Translations under genes and position numbers: made by a program
The notes under the pieces: generated by a model
What the model was told of the DNA's origin: nothing
Database searches by the model: none
What the model saw: only the letters and a program-made list of their open reading frames with translations
DNA from: Klebsormidium nitens
Lineage: Eukaryota; Plantae; Klebsormidiophyceae
NCBI GenBank assembly: GCA_000708835.1
Contig: DF236974.1
Location: 1-48,393, forward strand
Length of the DNA stretch: 48,393 nucleotides
Reading direction: 5' to 3'
Shown: piece after piece, positions 34,221-46,750 of the stretch
How positions within the stretch are numbered: the stretch's first letter is position 1
Layout of the letters: each line of letters begins with the position of its first letter

Positions 34221-37200
34221 ATGGCGTCCCATGCCCTCCGGGCACCGACTTTGCCACGTTGCCATTATGGTGGCACAATGCAGAGAAGTGCGCTTTCCAA
34301 AAGCAAGGTGCCGTCGCACACATACGGTGGCTCACAGCATTTGCGACATGAGTCAAGCTTTCTGGGAGGTCCCCTGTTCGCCGCACAGAGTAAGACCGTG
34401 AGAGGTCCCAAACGGAGTGGCGGGAAATGCAGGGCGGTTGCAGAGAACGGTGTCACCGACCCAATTCTGCTGAGAGTTGCAAGGGGAGAAGGTAAGCAGA
34501 TAAGGGCACACTGCATTGACTTGCGCTTTCCAAATGCAGGGCTTGGGGCAGTGACGTAGATGGGGACTGCAGCCGCGCAAGAGTGCACACGAGTATGGTC
34601 GACCAGTGCAGTCAAGAATCTCATGGACTTTGCCAATGTCCCGCATCAGCACCTTGGTCACATCCCACAAGAAGCTTCCTGCCCTCTTTTTGTTTGTCCC
34701 CCAGTTTTGCGCTCACACCTCAGACCCCAGTAGTATCGTTGGTTTGTTGAAAGGTTTTCTTACTCCAAAAGATCAACGAGTGGCCATAATTTATTGCAGA
34801 AGCCGAAAGGACACCGGTGTGGTTGATGCGGCAGGCGGGCCGCTTTATGGCGGACTTCCGAAAGTGAGTGCTAGATTGATGCTGCATTCAAAGTTGGGTG
34901 CACTGCTATACTTGTCCGAATCTGCCGCTACATCGGCAACCAAAAGCTGTGAAGTTCCACTGATCCTAAGTCTCATCCTTGGCCCACCTGAGCTGGCTGC
35001 CCTGAGCGCTTCACCCTCTGTTCGAGTCTCTTCATGACAACACATTGGCATTGTCTGGTTGCAGATACTCCGATAGGATTGGCTTCAGGGAGCGTTCAGA
35101 AACATCGGAGATTGCTATCGAGCTGTCTCTACAGCCGTGGAGGGCATTCAAGCCGGACGGGGTCATCATGTTCTCTGACATTCTTACCCCCCTGCCCGCA
35201 TTGGGCATTGAATTCGATGTCATCAAGGGGAAAGGCCCCATCATTCCGGTGCCAGTAAGGTCGCTCGACCAAGTAAAAGCATTGCGGTGAGGTTACTTTC
35301 TGTACGACTTCTCGTTATTTCAGATCCAAGTTTTGTAAGCAGACCAGGCTGTTATCTCCAAGTTTGTCTGCACGATCTCATCAGCACAGCTTGATACTAG
35401 CGGTTTTAGTCAACACTTATCATGACTCGTGCTTCATTGAGAGGGATAAACACCAACTACAATCGGTCAGTCAGCGCACAACCTGAACGTGCGGCACGTA
35501 GTGTCTCTAATCCCGGTATTCTTTTATCTGTTTTGCAGGACAATGGACGACCCAGCCAGCACCCTTCCGTTCGTGGCCGAGACCCTCTCTGCCCTCCGGA
35601 AAGAGATCGACGAGCAGGCAACGCTACTGGGTTTTGTAGGCACACCTTGGACACTGGCAGCATATGCGATGGAGGGAAAGGCGGACAAGCACCTATTGAA
35701 GACCAAGACCATCATGTATCATGGTGAGAAACATTCTAGATTCAGGAAAGGCAGCTCCTTTGTTCCTGTTAAGAGTTGAAGATCGTGAATGCTCTCTTGT
35801 CTTTGCAGCATTCGACCTCTGCGGGATTGATCGCTGCTGCTATTGTCATGACCAGTTACTTTTTAGTCCTTATCGTTCGCCACATTCTAGCAAAAGTCAA
35901 TCCTGTTGCCGTTTGTTGCGGGGCAATGTGTGTGCTCCTTCGTTTCTTGTGTTTGAAAGCACGAGTGTTTACCAGATTGGCCTGGAGATCCTGCATGGGT
36001 CACTTCAGACACCTCTAGCTTATCGCTTGTGTTCTTGCAGATCCCGCCACCCTTCACGCATTCCTGGACCACCTCACTGAAGCGTTGATCGCCTACGTCT
36101 GCTTTCAGATTGAGAGCGGGGCTCAGGTAGGTAGAAAAGCTACATTTGTGAGCCTGACGAGTTTTGAGCTACAATTGTGAGCCCGACAGGTCTGGGGCAA
36201 CTTCTCAGTTCCTCATCGATGGTCCTCGTCTTCAGGTTTGTCAAGTTTCGAAGCTCAGACTCATGCTGCCCTGATCCTCTGCTTTTCTTTTGACCTGTGC
36301 CGAGCTTTTTGCTCCTGAGGGCATTGGGAGTCGAAACTGTCTTACGGCTCTTGCCTCGCTCTTCTCCTTCATCGTCAGCAGCAGTTGCTACATCCTGATC
36401 CCATGCCGCACAGGTCGTCCAACTCTTCGATTCCTGGGCGCACCACCTGTCGCCGACCCAGTTTGAGGAGTTCAGCCGGCCGTATGCGGAGCGCGTTCTC
36501 CAGGCAGTGAAGGCGAAGCATCCCAGCGTGCCCCTGATTTTCCACGCGAACGGGGGGACCGGGAAGCTGCTCCAGATGACCCCCCTGAGCAGCGACGTGT
36601 TGGGTCTCGACTGGAACACGGAGATGCGGGAAGCGAGGGCGCTGTACGGGCCGAAACGAGTGTTGCAGGTAAGACCGCAGTTGTAACACTTTGGTAACAC
36701 TTCGTAACACTAACCACTATACCAAAAGGTGTCCGCAGGCCGTTGGACAACCGAATGGTTGTCGTGATGCACCTTATTTGAACTTGTCGATTACAACAGC
36801 GACGAGGATTGCCGTTCTGATGACCTTGCTTGACCTGCCCACTCGAGTGAACTTCGAAATCTGCTGCTTATGAGGGCAGAGGGGTTCACTTACCTTTCTG
36901 AATAACGGGCGGGCATTCGTTGGCCGGCTCGCGTTTCGCAACTTTGGAAGTTGATCGCTGGGGGCCAGGTCTGGTTGATAATGCATTCCTTTTGCCTACA
37001 AGAGCTGGGATCTGCTTGGGCTACTATAATGCGTCCTGCTACTCATGGTGTTGACTTTTTGGTACCAGCTCAGAGTGCGATGATTCATACTCAGCGGAGA
37101 AAAATCGTCGCTCAAGATTGTCCCTTGTTCTTTTCAGGGGAATGTCGATCCGATGATCCTTCTTGCACCCGAGGAGGTAATTCGAGAAGAGGTCAGCCGA

Positions 37201-37347
37201 ACATTGGCCGATGGAGGCGACCAGCACTTGATTCTAAATGTTGGTCACGGGGTTATCCAACAAACACCGGAGGAAGCCGTGGGCCTCTTCTGCCAGCTGG
37301 CACGAGAAAGCCACCGGGCCCGCACGCCTGTGTCCAGCTTAGGATAG
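34221..37347 (+). CDS. hemE: Uroporphyrinogen decarboxylase with a transit-peptide-like N-terminus, ~7 exons
   Basis: [64 protein letters not shown]. Confidence 0.97.
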
Positions 37348-38459
37348 GCTATATATCTGCCTGCCTGCTCAATTGTTGCTGCTATATCCGTGCTCAAAGC
37401 TGGCTAGTCGTGCGAAATTCGTCCCAAACAAGAATACAGATCCGTTGTGTTTGAGCGGCCCATATAGGCTGGTGTGTGTGGAACCCTGGTCAATGCAATC
37501 CAAAAGTAAACAGACCCGTTGTCGTTGGTTTTCTGCACTCGTCCTTCTCGATTCCTTCCATTATCTGGTCGATGAGATCACGACGTGCATGTATATGGGC
37601 CCCTTTTCGGATGGCGACATGCAATCTGTATTTGTAAAAGCTCAAATTAATGCTTGACTCACGTTTTTTAGTAAGTGCCTGTGACCACACCAGCTAGTAC
37701 CGTTCTACTCTCTGTACGGTAGAGGATAAAGTATACATGCTTGCAACTTTGAAGCTTGGATATGGCGGCCATGCAAGTCCAGTGACTGGCCCATTCATCA
37801 AAGACGCATACAGTTGTTCGACTGCTGACCGTCAATCGTGTTGATATTTCGATCAAGTGCCGACTGGACATATACGACCGTTCTGCAATTTATACAATAC
37901 TATATAGGTGTACCGTTATTTAACACATGGACTCCTTTTGAGTAGGTTGTCGAATTGAGTCTGCAAACTTAGACGCGCGGAGATCCGACAAATGTTGTTC
38001 AGCAGGGGGGCTGCATGAAAACACAGTATAGGAGTTGAGCAGGCTGAGACCAACCTTGGCCTGCATGTGAGGGACCAAGCCATATATGCAGCCGGCGGCC
38101 GCACGCCGCGGAATCATGATCCCAATTTTGAAATGCACTCAATCCTCACGCGACCGGACCTAGCCATGGTGACACGCGATAGATTGGAAGTAGCACGAGG
38201 GAATGATGACTAATGAGTGCAGGCCGACTCTGAGCTAGCTCTGCACGCCATTTTTGTAGCACGTGCAGCTTCCATGAATCGTTGCCGATACACTGGATAT
38301 AAACTCTGAACGCATTCAGAACGTATGATAAGCGGCTGTCATGACGGAACTGCAACATTGAAGAGAGCATACACAGGCAATCTTTCCACCAAATGGGTTT
38401 TTGTATTTGTTAGAGATGTGCAATCGACATTAAGGCTCCCTTCTGGCCAGGATGAGACG

Positions 38460-41400
38460 TTATTGACCATTGAGCTTCGCGGCAAGGACCTTCTGCATCA
38501 ATGCGGGGTTTACTCGGCCCCCTGATTTTTTCATCACCTGCACCGCCCGACCAGACGTGACGTCAGGACGGAAAACAGGGACACTCCTCAACATGACCAG
38601 GCCGGATAGCCAAAGAGTAATTTAGAACAGGCTCTGTATCGAATCGCTTCTTAGCCGTCACTCTATATAGCTTCTGGGCAAAAGAGCCGAAGAAGAACAC
38701 GCATGCAAGGAAGCTATTGCTAAAATCCAACTGAGGGCCGAAAACAGATGAAAACTTTACGTCCAGATTATTCTACTCCAAGCTAAGACAAAAAGGGCGA
38801 AAACAGTAGAGACCCATGCAAGCAGCGGCCCTTACCTGACCGGTGAAGAAGCCCTGCAGCTTCTTCTTTCCCCCTCGGAACAACTCCAACTGCGTAAAGG
38901 AGCAGCATGCGTCAGACGACGTCAGCGGCGGATCTCAAAGCAGACGGAAGGCTGCGCCACAGCAGCGCCAACGAAGCCATAACTCCATATACAGGACTCA
39001 TAACACTGAAGATTGCAATGCGAAGCGCATATGACGAAAAAGGTTAATCCAGGCGGCAGCCACTCCGCACTTCATCTCGCTTGTCAACGGTGGGCAACGG
39101 GGAGATGCCTCGGTGCAAGGGACAGGCAGACTTTCGACGATACCGGGCGGAGGACTTTTGGATCTACATGCCGAGGAGCTACGAGAACGTGACGGAAGTT
39201 GGACAAAGGACTATAACGGGGTGTGTACCAGAAGCTGCTACGGAAAGCGGGCGAAAGTCGGGGCCTCACCTCTTTCGGATGGGCCGCGAGCACTTCGTCG
39301 ACCAGAGCCTCTACCGCGCTGTCATCGGAGATCTGCAAAAGAAGCAAACAATGAGAAGATTTCAGGACAGATACGGGGCGGAACCTGATTTCTCGGCGCT
39401 CGCACTTGCCCGTTCACACACGAATCACGACAGAACCAGAGCCTCTCCGGCATCGGGTTCTGTAAAAAGGACGAGCGACGAAATGGACATGGCCGGAACG
39501 GGGAGCGTACACGACACAGCACGCAAATCAGGCTTCCTTGGTAGGCCGGAACGCTCCATTATGGTCATTTATGGTGGCAAAAGTCGACTTGGATAGACAG
39601 GGTCAATACTGCAAGGACTAGCAAAGAGTCGATGACGAAACAAGATGAAGACAAAGCGGGAGAGGGTAACATTTGAAAGACAGACAGGTGCATACCTGTA
39701 GCAGCCCCTTCTTCTCGACCAGCTGTTTAATCCCGCCCCCTTCCTTCAGCAGCTCCAACATAAAAGCAGGTCAAAATAACGCAGGGAAGACATAGCAATT
39801 AGAAACAGACACAGAAGCACACCTGTAGCAGGCCCTTCTTCTCGACGAGCTGCTTGGCGCCCCCCCCTTCCTTGAGCAGGTCCGGCAGGATCTCCTTGCC
39901 GATCTTGCCGCTGATTGTGCCGTCCCCAATGAGCGCGATCAGCTCCGCCAGCGTCTCGGGCGCCATCGCTACGTCCGTAATCAGAATCTTCTCCGCCTGT
40001 TGAGACGGGGGAAAGGGGGTGGACGACGTCAGCGACGGGTCACTAGACGACAACGATGACGTCAGCCACTCCCAGGAAGGAAAGGTCCGCGAGCGGGACG
40101 GCGTCATGCAGTTTAGGAACGGCGCCGAAGGCGGAAGCGCTGGTCCCGGAGTTCGATTCCAAGAGTCCGACTCTCGACCGATACGAGATGCTTCCGTTCG
40201 CTCGGACTCGGCTCCTGCATTTGACACGGGCGGTGGCGACGCAGGGATGGCCAAGCGACGTCGCATCCTCAAGCAATCCACGAAGCTAGAAACGTCGAGT
40301 CTCCGCACCACTCTCGCCGCCCCACCTTGCCGCCCCACCTTGCTTACGTCCATCGTCCACTCCTATGAGTAAGATCTAATCGTCCAGTCCTGGTTCGTTA
40401 ACAACCCAGGAAGCTTGAGACTGCCCCTACCGTATCGATCGCCAGTTTCAACAACCCTCGCCTTGCAGTACCTCACTCATTTGATCGCAAGAATCTCAAG
40501 TACTCAGGAAGCCCAATGGAGCAAGCCTCAACCATCGAAAACCCGCACCTTGCAGTATTTCGTGATGTCCCCCATCATCCAGTTGGCGGCCGCCTTGATG
40601 TCCGCGCCCGCGCCGAGCACGCGCTCGAAATATGCTGCCACGTCACTGTTGTTCGCCAGCACCAGCACATCCTGCATGCTCAGCCCCGCGGCCGCGTATC
40701 GCCGCCGCTTCTCGTCCGGCAGCTCGGGAAGGCTCGCGCGGACGTCCTCTAAGTAGTCCGCAGTCAACTGCACAGCAAATGTTCCTTCCTTTGCTTTTGA
40801 ACGGATACTCTCCGAAAAGGCCAGAGTGCTGAGTAGAGGATAAGCTCCGGGAGGCTCGCGCTGACTTCCGCTAAGTAGTCTGCCGTCAACTGCACAAAAA
40901 TATGTTCGACGGTGTTCTCTTTGCTGTCGAGGCGATAGTGTCAGAAAGTTTAAAGTCCTTTGGCACGTTAGTTGTAGCTCGGGACGGCTCGCCCGGACGT
41001 CCGCAAAGTACTCCGCAGTCAACTGTGCGCAGTGCAAATTAGGCGTCTTATCAAGAGAGTTAGTTCTTTAGAGGTTTAAGTCAAGTCCGACATTCCCGGT
41101 CCAGAGTCCAAGGTCCGTACGCGCAGCTAGTGTAGATCCGGGAGGCTCCCCCGGACGTCCGCTACGTACTCCGCCGTCAACCGGACAGGAAAATCTAGTC
41201 GCTTCAGTGCTTCTTTGCAGTAAAAGGTCCGTGGCATATTGAGTACCTTTTTAGCAGCGGGTTAGGCTAAGAGATGAAATTTCATGCCACCTTTTTCTTC
41301 GACTACGCAGTCTGTGCGGGGCAAGCAGTATTCCTGAATCGCCTGCTGCTGTGTTTTTAAAGTGTCAAGACCATCTTGGACAAACGCCATCGCGTCAGCT

Positions 41401-44400
41401 TTCAACATAAGAAGTGCATCCTAACCTACTTCGAAGAAGGAACCTCACCTCGATTTCTGGAAGATCTGGCTCCGGAAAGTACCGGTAGTCCGCCAGCCCT
41501 TCTTTCACTCTCATGCTGATCTGCAAACCGGAGAGGCGCCCGTCGGTAACGTCGCATTATGCTTGAAAAACCGGATCAAGAAGATATTTGACCAGCTAAC
41601 AGCAGTCTTAGGAGCCGCTTCTAAGATCACAATGAACAGCGAAGCCGCTAGACACGCCCTTCGAGGGATGCGCGTGCGTTAACCCAGGGTTCTGTGCAAC
41701 AGACCTTAATGTTACGCGCGCCCTGGGAGTAACCTACACACCGCCATTGCAGCAGCCGCAGTTGAGTCGCAAAGCTGCCGTGCACCTTTTCATATACGAA
41801 CGTCTCCCCACCAGTGCGGTACCCACGAGCACACACAAACGATAGAAGCAAGCGCATCTCACCGTTCTCTGCGCGCCCTCCTCCCAGAGCCGCGTTTCCA
41901 GAACGATCTCGCCATCCTTTCCCGCTTCTAGCAGCGCGCTCTGGCGGGCAATCTCGAAGTCGATCGCGCGTTGCATCGCTGAAAACGAGTTCATATTTTT
42001 GATCTCCACCTGCGGATAAGCGTACCGCTTGAGCCGGCCCGTTACAAGGAGAGATGTAACAGAATGCAGAGGTGGGAAAAGATCCTCGCTTTCCTGTAAA
42101 CGAGGGAACGCAACGGGGAAACGCGCAGCGTGCTTTTTGCAAAAATGGTCTCATCAGAGGTTCGGAACGGCGCCTTTTTAAAAGACAAAAAGGCTGCAGG
42201 ATTCGTGACGGAATCGCCCATTTTTTCCACGAGATTTCCGAGAGCCAGCCACCAACGAGCTTATCATCCGCACTCGTGTCGAAAACCTCAAACAGATGAT
42301 CGACGGGCTTTTTCCCGGTCTACTGACTGAGCTTTACGAAGTCTGAGCGTGTCTGAGGGGCTCGCGGAGCAATAGCACGAGCTTTGCAGAGCGACGAGCA
42401 GCCTACCTTGGTGCCAAACCTTTCCCTTCCTCTTGGCCGAACAGAGACGTTCACGTCGCAGCGCATCGACCCCTCCTGCAACGACATAGAAGCAGCGGTT
42501 CGCATAAGCTGACAAATTTAGTAGAGCCACGTCAGCGTACTGTACAGGGTGACGAAACCCCATAGCAATCAAGAAAAATAATCGTAAACTTATTTAATAG
42601 TAACTGGGACGGGAAGGGTTAGCTTGGGGGTAAGGATGGGTAGGGATGCGGAGCAGGTAAAATGTTGGCTTAGGGTTTTTAGTTTTAGTCGGCGCTTACT
42701 ATTATCGAGGGCTTACTATTGTTTTGTTGAGAGTTATCGAAACCCCGCCGAGAGGCTCGTTGCCGGTTGGTCGCTCGGATACTCCAATATGTTGTCCCGT
42801 TGGCACACTACAAAGGAAATTTCAAAGGGCTGCAACACCAAGTCTCATGCAAAGAGAGCGTTCAAGGCTCGCAACGCCGACGCAAGGCTTCTCTGCAGAC
42901 TGCGGACTGCGAGAAGTGATGGTCGAATAGTGTTTGGAGTGATCAAACCAACGTGACCAGAGCCAGTCTTTGTTGATTACATTGCCTGCCTTCTTTTACC
43001 TCTCAGCGAAACGTAGGAGAAATACATCTTTGATCATTCCTTTTCTCGAGAAGCCCGTGAGCACCACTCTCCATGCGAGAAGCCAGCGGCAAAGAATGAA
43101 CGAGATCGTACTAGTAAACGATTCACTCACCGCCATGTTCCCGTTGCTGATGCCTAGGTACCTCACGATCCGCTGTATCTCGGCCCCGTACTCCGCAGCT
43201 TCCAGGCCCGTCCGCATGTCCGGGTCCGACACGATCTGAAGACAGGGAGATCGTCCGATGTCGACAGTAACGGAGCAAGCGCACAGGATACTTCGCATCG
43301 GATGAAATGTCGCTCAAGGGCGCACTTCGTTCTTTTGTAGAAGGACAAAAGTGGGACTCACAGAAACTTGGTGTCAGAAGAGACGAGGCCTGAAGGCTTG
43401 TCGATCAAACGGCGGAGATGTCTCAATAGGGCAGTGCCTGCCCCTGTTTATGGTTTCGAGGCACTTTGTACGTTTCTCCGGATCTGGCAATCTACCCGGA
43501 GAAGGCCGAAACACGCAGTGATCCGCTAAACACAAGCTATTAGCAGGGTGCTGGGTCTCGAAGCCGGAAGAGCGACGGTCATAAGAGGTAGTCTGAGGCT
43601 GGTTCAAGAGTACTGCCTGGTGAACGCAAATGTCCTTTGGATGGAGCCTCCAAGCCATGTGCGCACGAAGCCCAGTGGAAAGAAACAATGTATAAAACTG
43701 CTCCGAATATCGAACTCAAATCAGAAACCTCAAATCAGAACGAGCTCGGAGAGCAGACTGAGGTCCTTTTCTCTCCTGGGAAGCATAGAACCTTCAAGGG
43801 AAGAGAGCCAGTTCGTGTCTGAATAGCGAGGCACCCCCTATGTACCTTCGAAAACGTCGGCTGACAAGGGGCATTAGACAATGCGACACTCATCGAGCCC
43901 AAAGGATTGAGCCCCACCTCAATCAACGGTACTCCGGCCCGATTAAGGTCCACCTGAGAGAAGCCCGAGCCGGAAAGCCGCCCTCCGCCCCCATGCACCG
44001 ACTTTCCTGCGTCCTCTTCCAAGTGCGCTCGTGTGACTCCAAATCGTCGGCGGCCACCACCAAACTCAACGGGTAAGTCCACCTCGACCCAACCAGACTG
44101 GGCAACAGGAATGTCGAACTGGGAGATCTGATAGCCTGCGACGGAGGAAAAGGTCATCAGGCTAGTAAGTACTGGAAGCAGCATACGGGAAGGCAGCGGA
44201 AGTTGTTTTTGAGGCTAAAGAGCTGACAGGTTCATAAAAGCGAGATGAGCACGGTTCGATGGGTTCGCTTGAGAGAAACTCAAATGCGATAAAAGCAGTC
44301 TTCTTGAAAGTCTACAGCCAAGAAGACAAAGGTAGGGATCGGAACTACAAGCTCACCTTTTGGAAGGTCTGGGTAGAAGTACTGCTTCCGATCAAACTTG

Positions 44401-45744
44401 GAGCGAGGGGCGATGGTGCAGTGCAGGGCGAGGCCCAGCTTGACCGCAGACTCTAGAACGCGGGCGTTGAGTACAGGAAGCGCCCCCTGAACAAGAAAGC
44501 CACTCTTTGATTCTTTAGTTGTCATCTTCTCTACTCCAATGCAACTTGCATACCCGCACCAGGGGGGATTCTCTAAGAAGTGGGCGTGGAAACTTTCAGA
44601 TCGGACATCAGGCCAAGCATTGGACAGAATGCGACTCTCTCATATAGAATTACGGTATATGGAGTGTCCAATGAAAAGTGCGGCACCTCTGCCTGGATAG
44701 AAGGTTTGGATCGTTTTGGGGCTGAGTTCCTCACCGGAAGCCCCATACATACAGGACAAACATTGGTGTTTGGTTCTGCCCCGTACTGGCTGCGGCATCG
44801 GCAGAAGGCCTTAGTGGCGGTGTTCAGCTGGACGTGCGTTTCAATGCCTATCACAGCCTCATACTGCATAACAAGGAGGCCAACAGGGCAAATGTTTGGT
44901 ACCCCATAATGACCAATCATGCCAGGAAGAAGCTCAAGCACAAACTTTTGAAAGCGGCGAGAGGTCGGGGCTGAGAATAACATCGTCAACATCTTCAGAT
45001 ACTACGTTCTTTCAGATGTTTTGATAACTCTTGAGGCCTTGGTAAACCAGCATGAACATGAATTGTCAGCCTGCGTAAGAGCGTCCGAGTGTAGCGCTGC
45101 ACCGCGCATCTTCAAGATGACCGTCCTGTAGCGTGCAACCTGGTTTGCAAGGAATTGAAGGACACGGGGAGAAAAATAGACCATGTTGAAAAGTGCACAC
45201 CCCAAAGCCTCACATGAGACCGAAAGGACTGCAATGCTTCAGCATTGGCCAACGGACTGCATTGCATTTGTCACAGGTATGGTACCTTTTCTTCAAGACC
45301 TGCACTTGCATCCTGTGCCGTGAGCCCTTCGGCAACAGCCTTGAGTGCCTGGCCTCGCCTCACCCCCTGCGCGTGCATTCCTGGCAGCTTCATGTTATTG
45401 GGGATGTCTGTCCGCGAGCATATTTCTGCAGCAGACAATTTCGCTGCTGTATGACTATATCGAAGTTCTTCATGTGATGGATGGTGGTGCGGAGCTGCGA
45501 CGAAAGGTGCCCTGCTTAGGTTGACCGACAGCAACGAGAAGAGTCTGCTTCCGTCAAAGCTGCTCTTCTTAAGCGCATGTTGGGCTGGGAAGGCAAATAA
45601 ACAGGGAGCCAAGCTGGATCCACATGGAGCTCCGAGTGTATTTGAAACCAATCGTGGTGCCATTCTGCCGCCTTGCTCAGCCAAGCCCATCACAGCCCTC
45701 GGCAGAAACGAACACATGCTTGCAGAGGCCAAGTCGCAGGCCAT
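38460..45744 (-). CDS. gatB: Glu-tRNA(Gln) amidotransferase subunit B, organellar, ~13 exons
   Basis: [103 protein letters not shown], ending [13 protein letters not shown]...LNGQ*. Confidence 0.97.
39696..39752 (-). repeat. Intronic duplicate of a gatB exon 3' end with its own donor site
   Basis: Encodes [19 protein letters not shown] followed by GTATGC. The real exon end (39823-39879) encodes [19 protein letters not shown]. Confidence 0.85.
40720..41200 (-). repeat. Four degenerate tandem copies of a gatB acceptor/exon-start unit
   Basis: [16 protein letters not shown]-like segments begin at 40767 (functional), 40889, 41022 and 41180. Confidence 0.85.
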
Positions 45745-46301
45745 GAGTACGTGTGCTGCTATGGCCAGGAGTCTAGTGGGTCAGTTCTAAGCGGGTAGGG
45801 CAGCGGATACCACGCCACCATTTACTTCCATCTTCCCAGAGCAAACACACCCTTCTGATTTAGCATCACCGAGATGATGGGCCAAGCAATGCCACAAAGT
45901 GTGTTTGGTGCCCGTCTTTGACGCCACCACCACCAGCACTGTCAATGTCAGTTGTGTATTGAATTGTCTTGGAGTTGGACTTTCTGGCAAGGGCGAGCTG
46001 TGCACTAACGGTGAGCAAGTGGAACTCAGCTTTCGAACTTGAAGGTGAAGGCGAAGAGTCGGAAGGGCGTTCAAGCTGACTGCCGCTTCCTCAGTTCGCG
46101 AGTTCGCCTTTGAAAAGATTAAAGCTTGTGCCCTGACAAGCAACCCTGGCCCTGGGCATCCCAGCTCACTCCACATTCTCAGGCTGGACAAACATCTGAT
46201 GCGCCTGGCGACTTTTTGAGCAGGCAGCCAGGGGGACGCTCCAGGAAAACTCAGAGTCAGAGATCACGGAAAATTGGGGCGGGGGAGTGGGCCTTGATCC
46301 A

Positions 46302-46750
46302 ATGAAGCGGGGATTTTTGCTTGGGCAGAAGCAGGACCCACTAAAGCATGCCAGAACTGGCGATGTAGGGGGAGGAGAAGGAGTTGCGTCTGCCAGCGCT
46401 GTTCCTTCAGGCTATTCTCGGAATGCACCTGAAGAAGCATCCGGCACGGATGCTCAAGAAGCTCTTGCCTGCCTCGAGAACCTGTGTAAGAACCCCAGAG
46501 GACATGACAATCCACCCAACATGGACTATATCTGGGAGGACGACTATGAAGAGGAGCTTTTGCAGTGCACAGAAGCTGCTTTATCAGCAAGAGTAGCTCC
46601 GGCGAAGGTGCAGCAAATGATTGCAGAAGCTGCAGACAGGGACTTGCTCGGATATGTGCCTTCAAAGCTGCAGCGAGCCATCAGTGAGAGGCTGAGCCCG
46701 GATGCAATGGTGGGGGGCCAGAGCTTTCTGCACCAGCTTTTCAATCAGGT
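46302..46750 (+). CDS. Possible first exon of an unidentified gene divergent from gatB
   Basis: Open frame from the ATG at 46302 with protein-like composition, ending at a possible CAG|GT donor near 46749. No family recognised. Confidence 0.3.
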
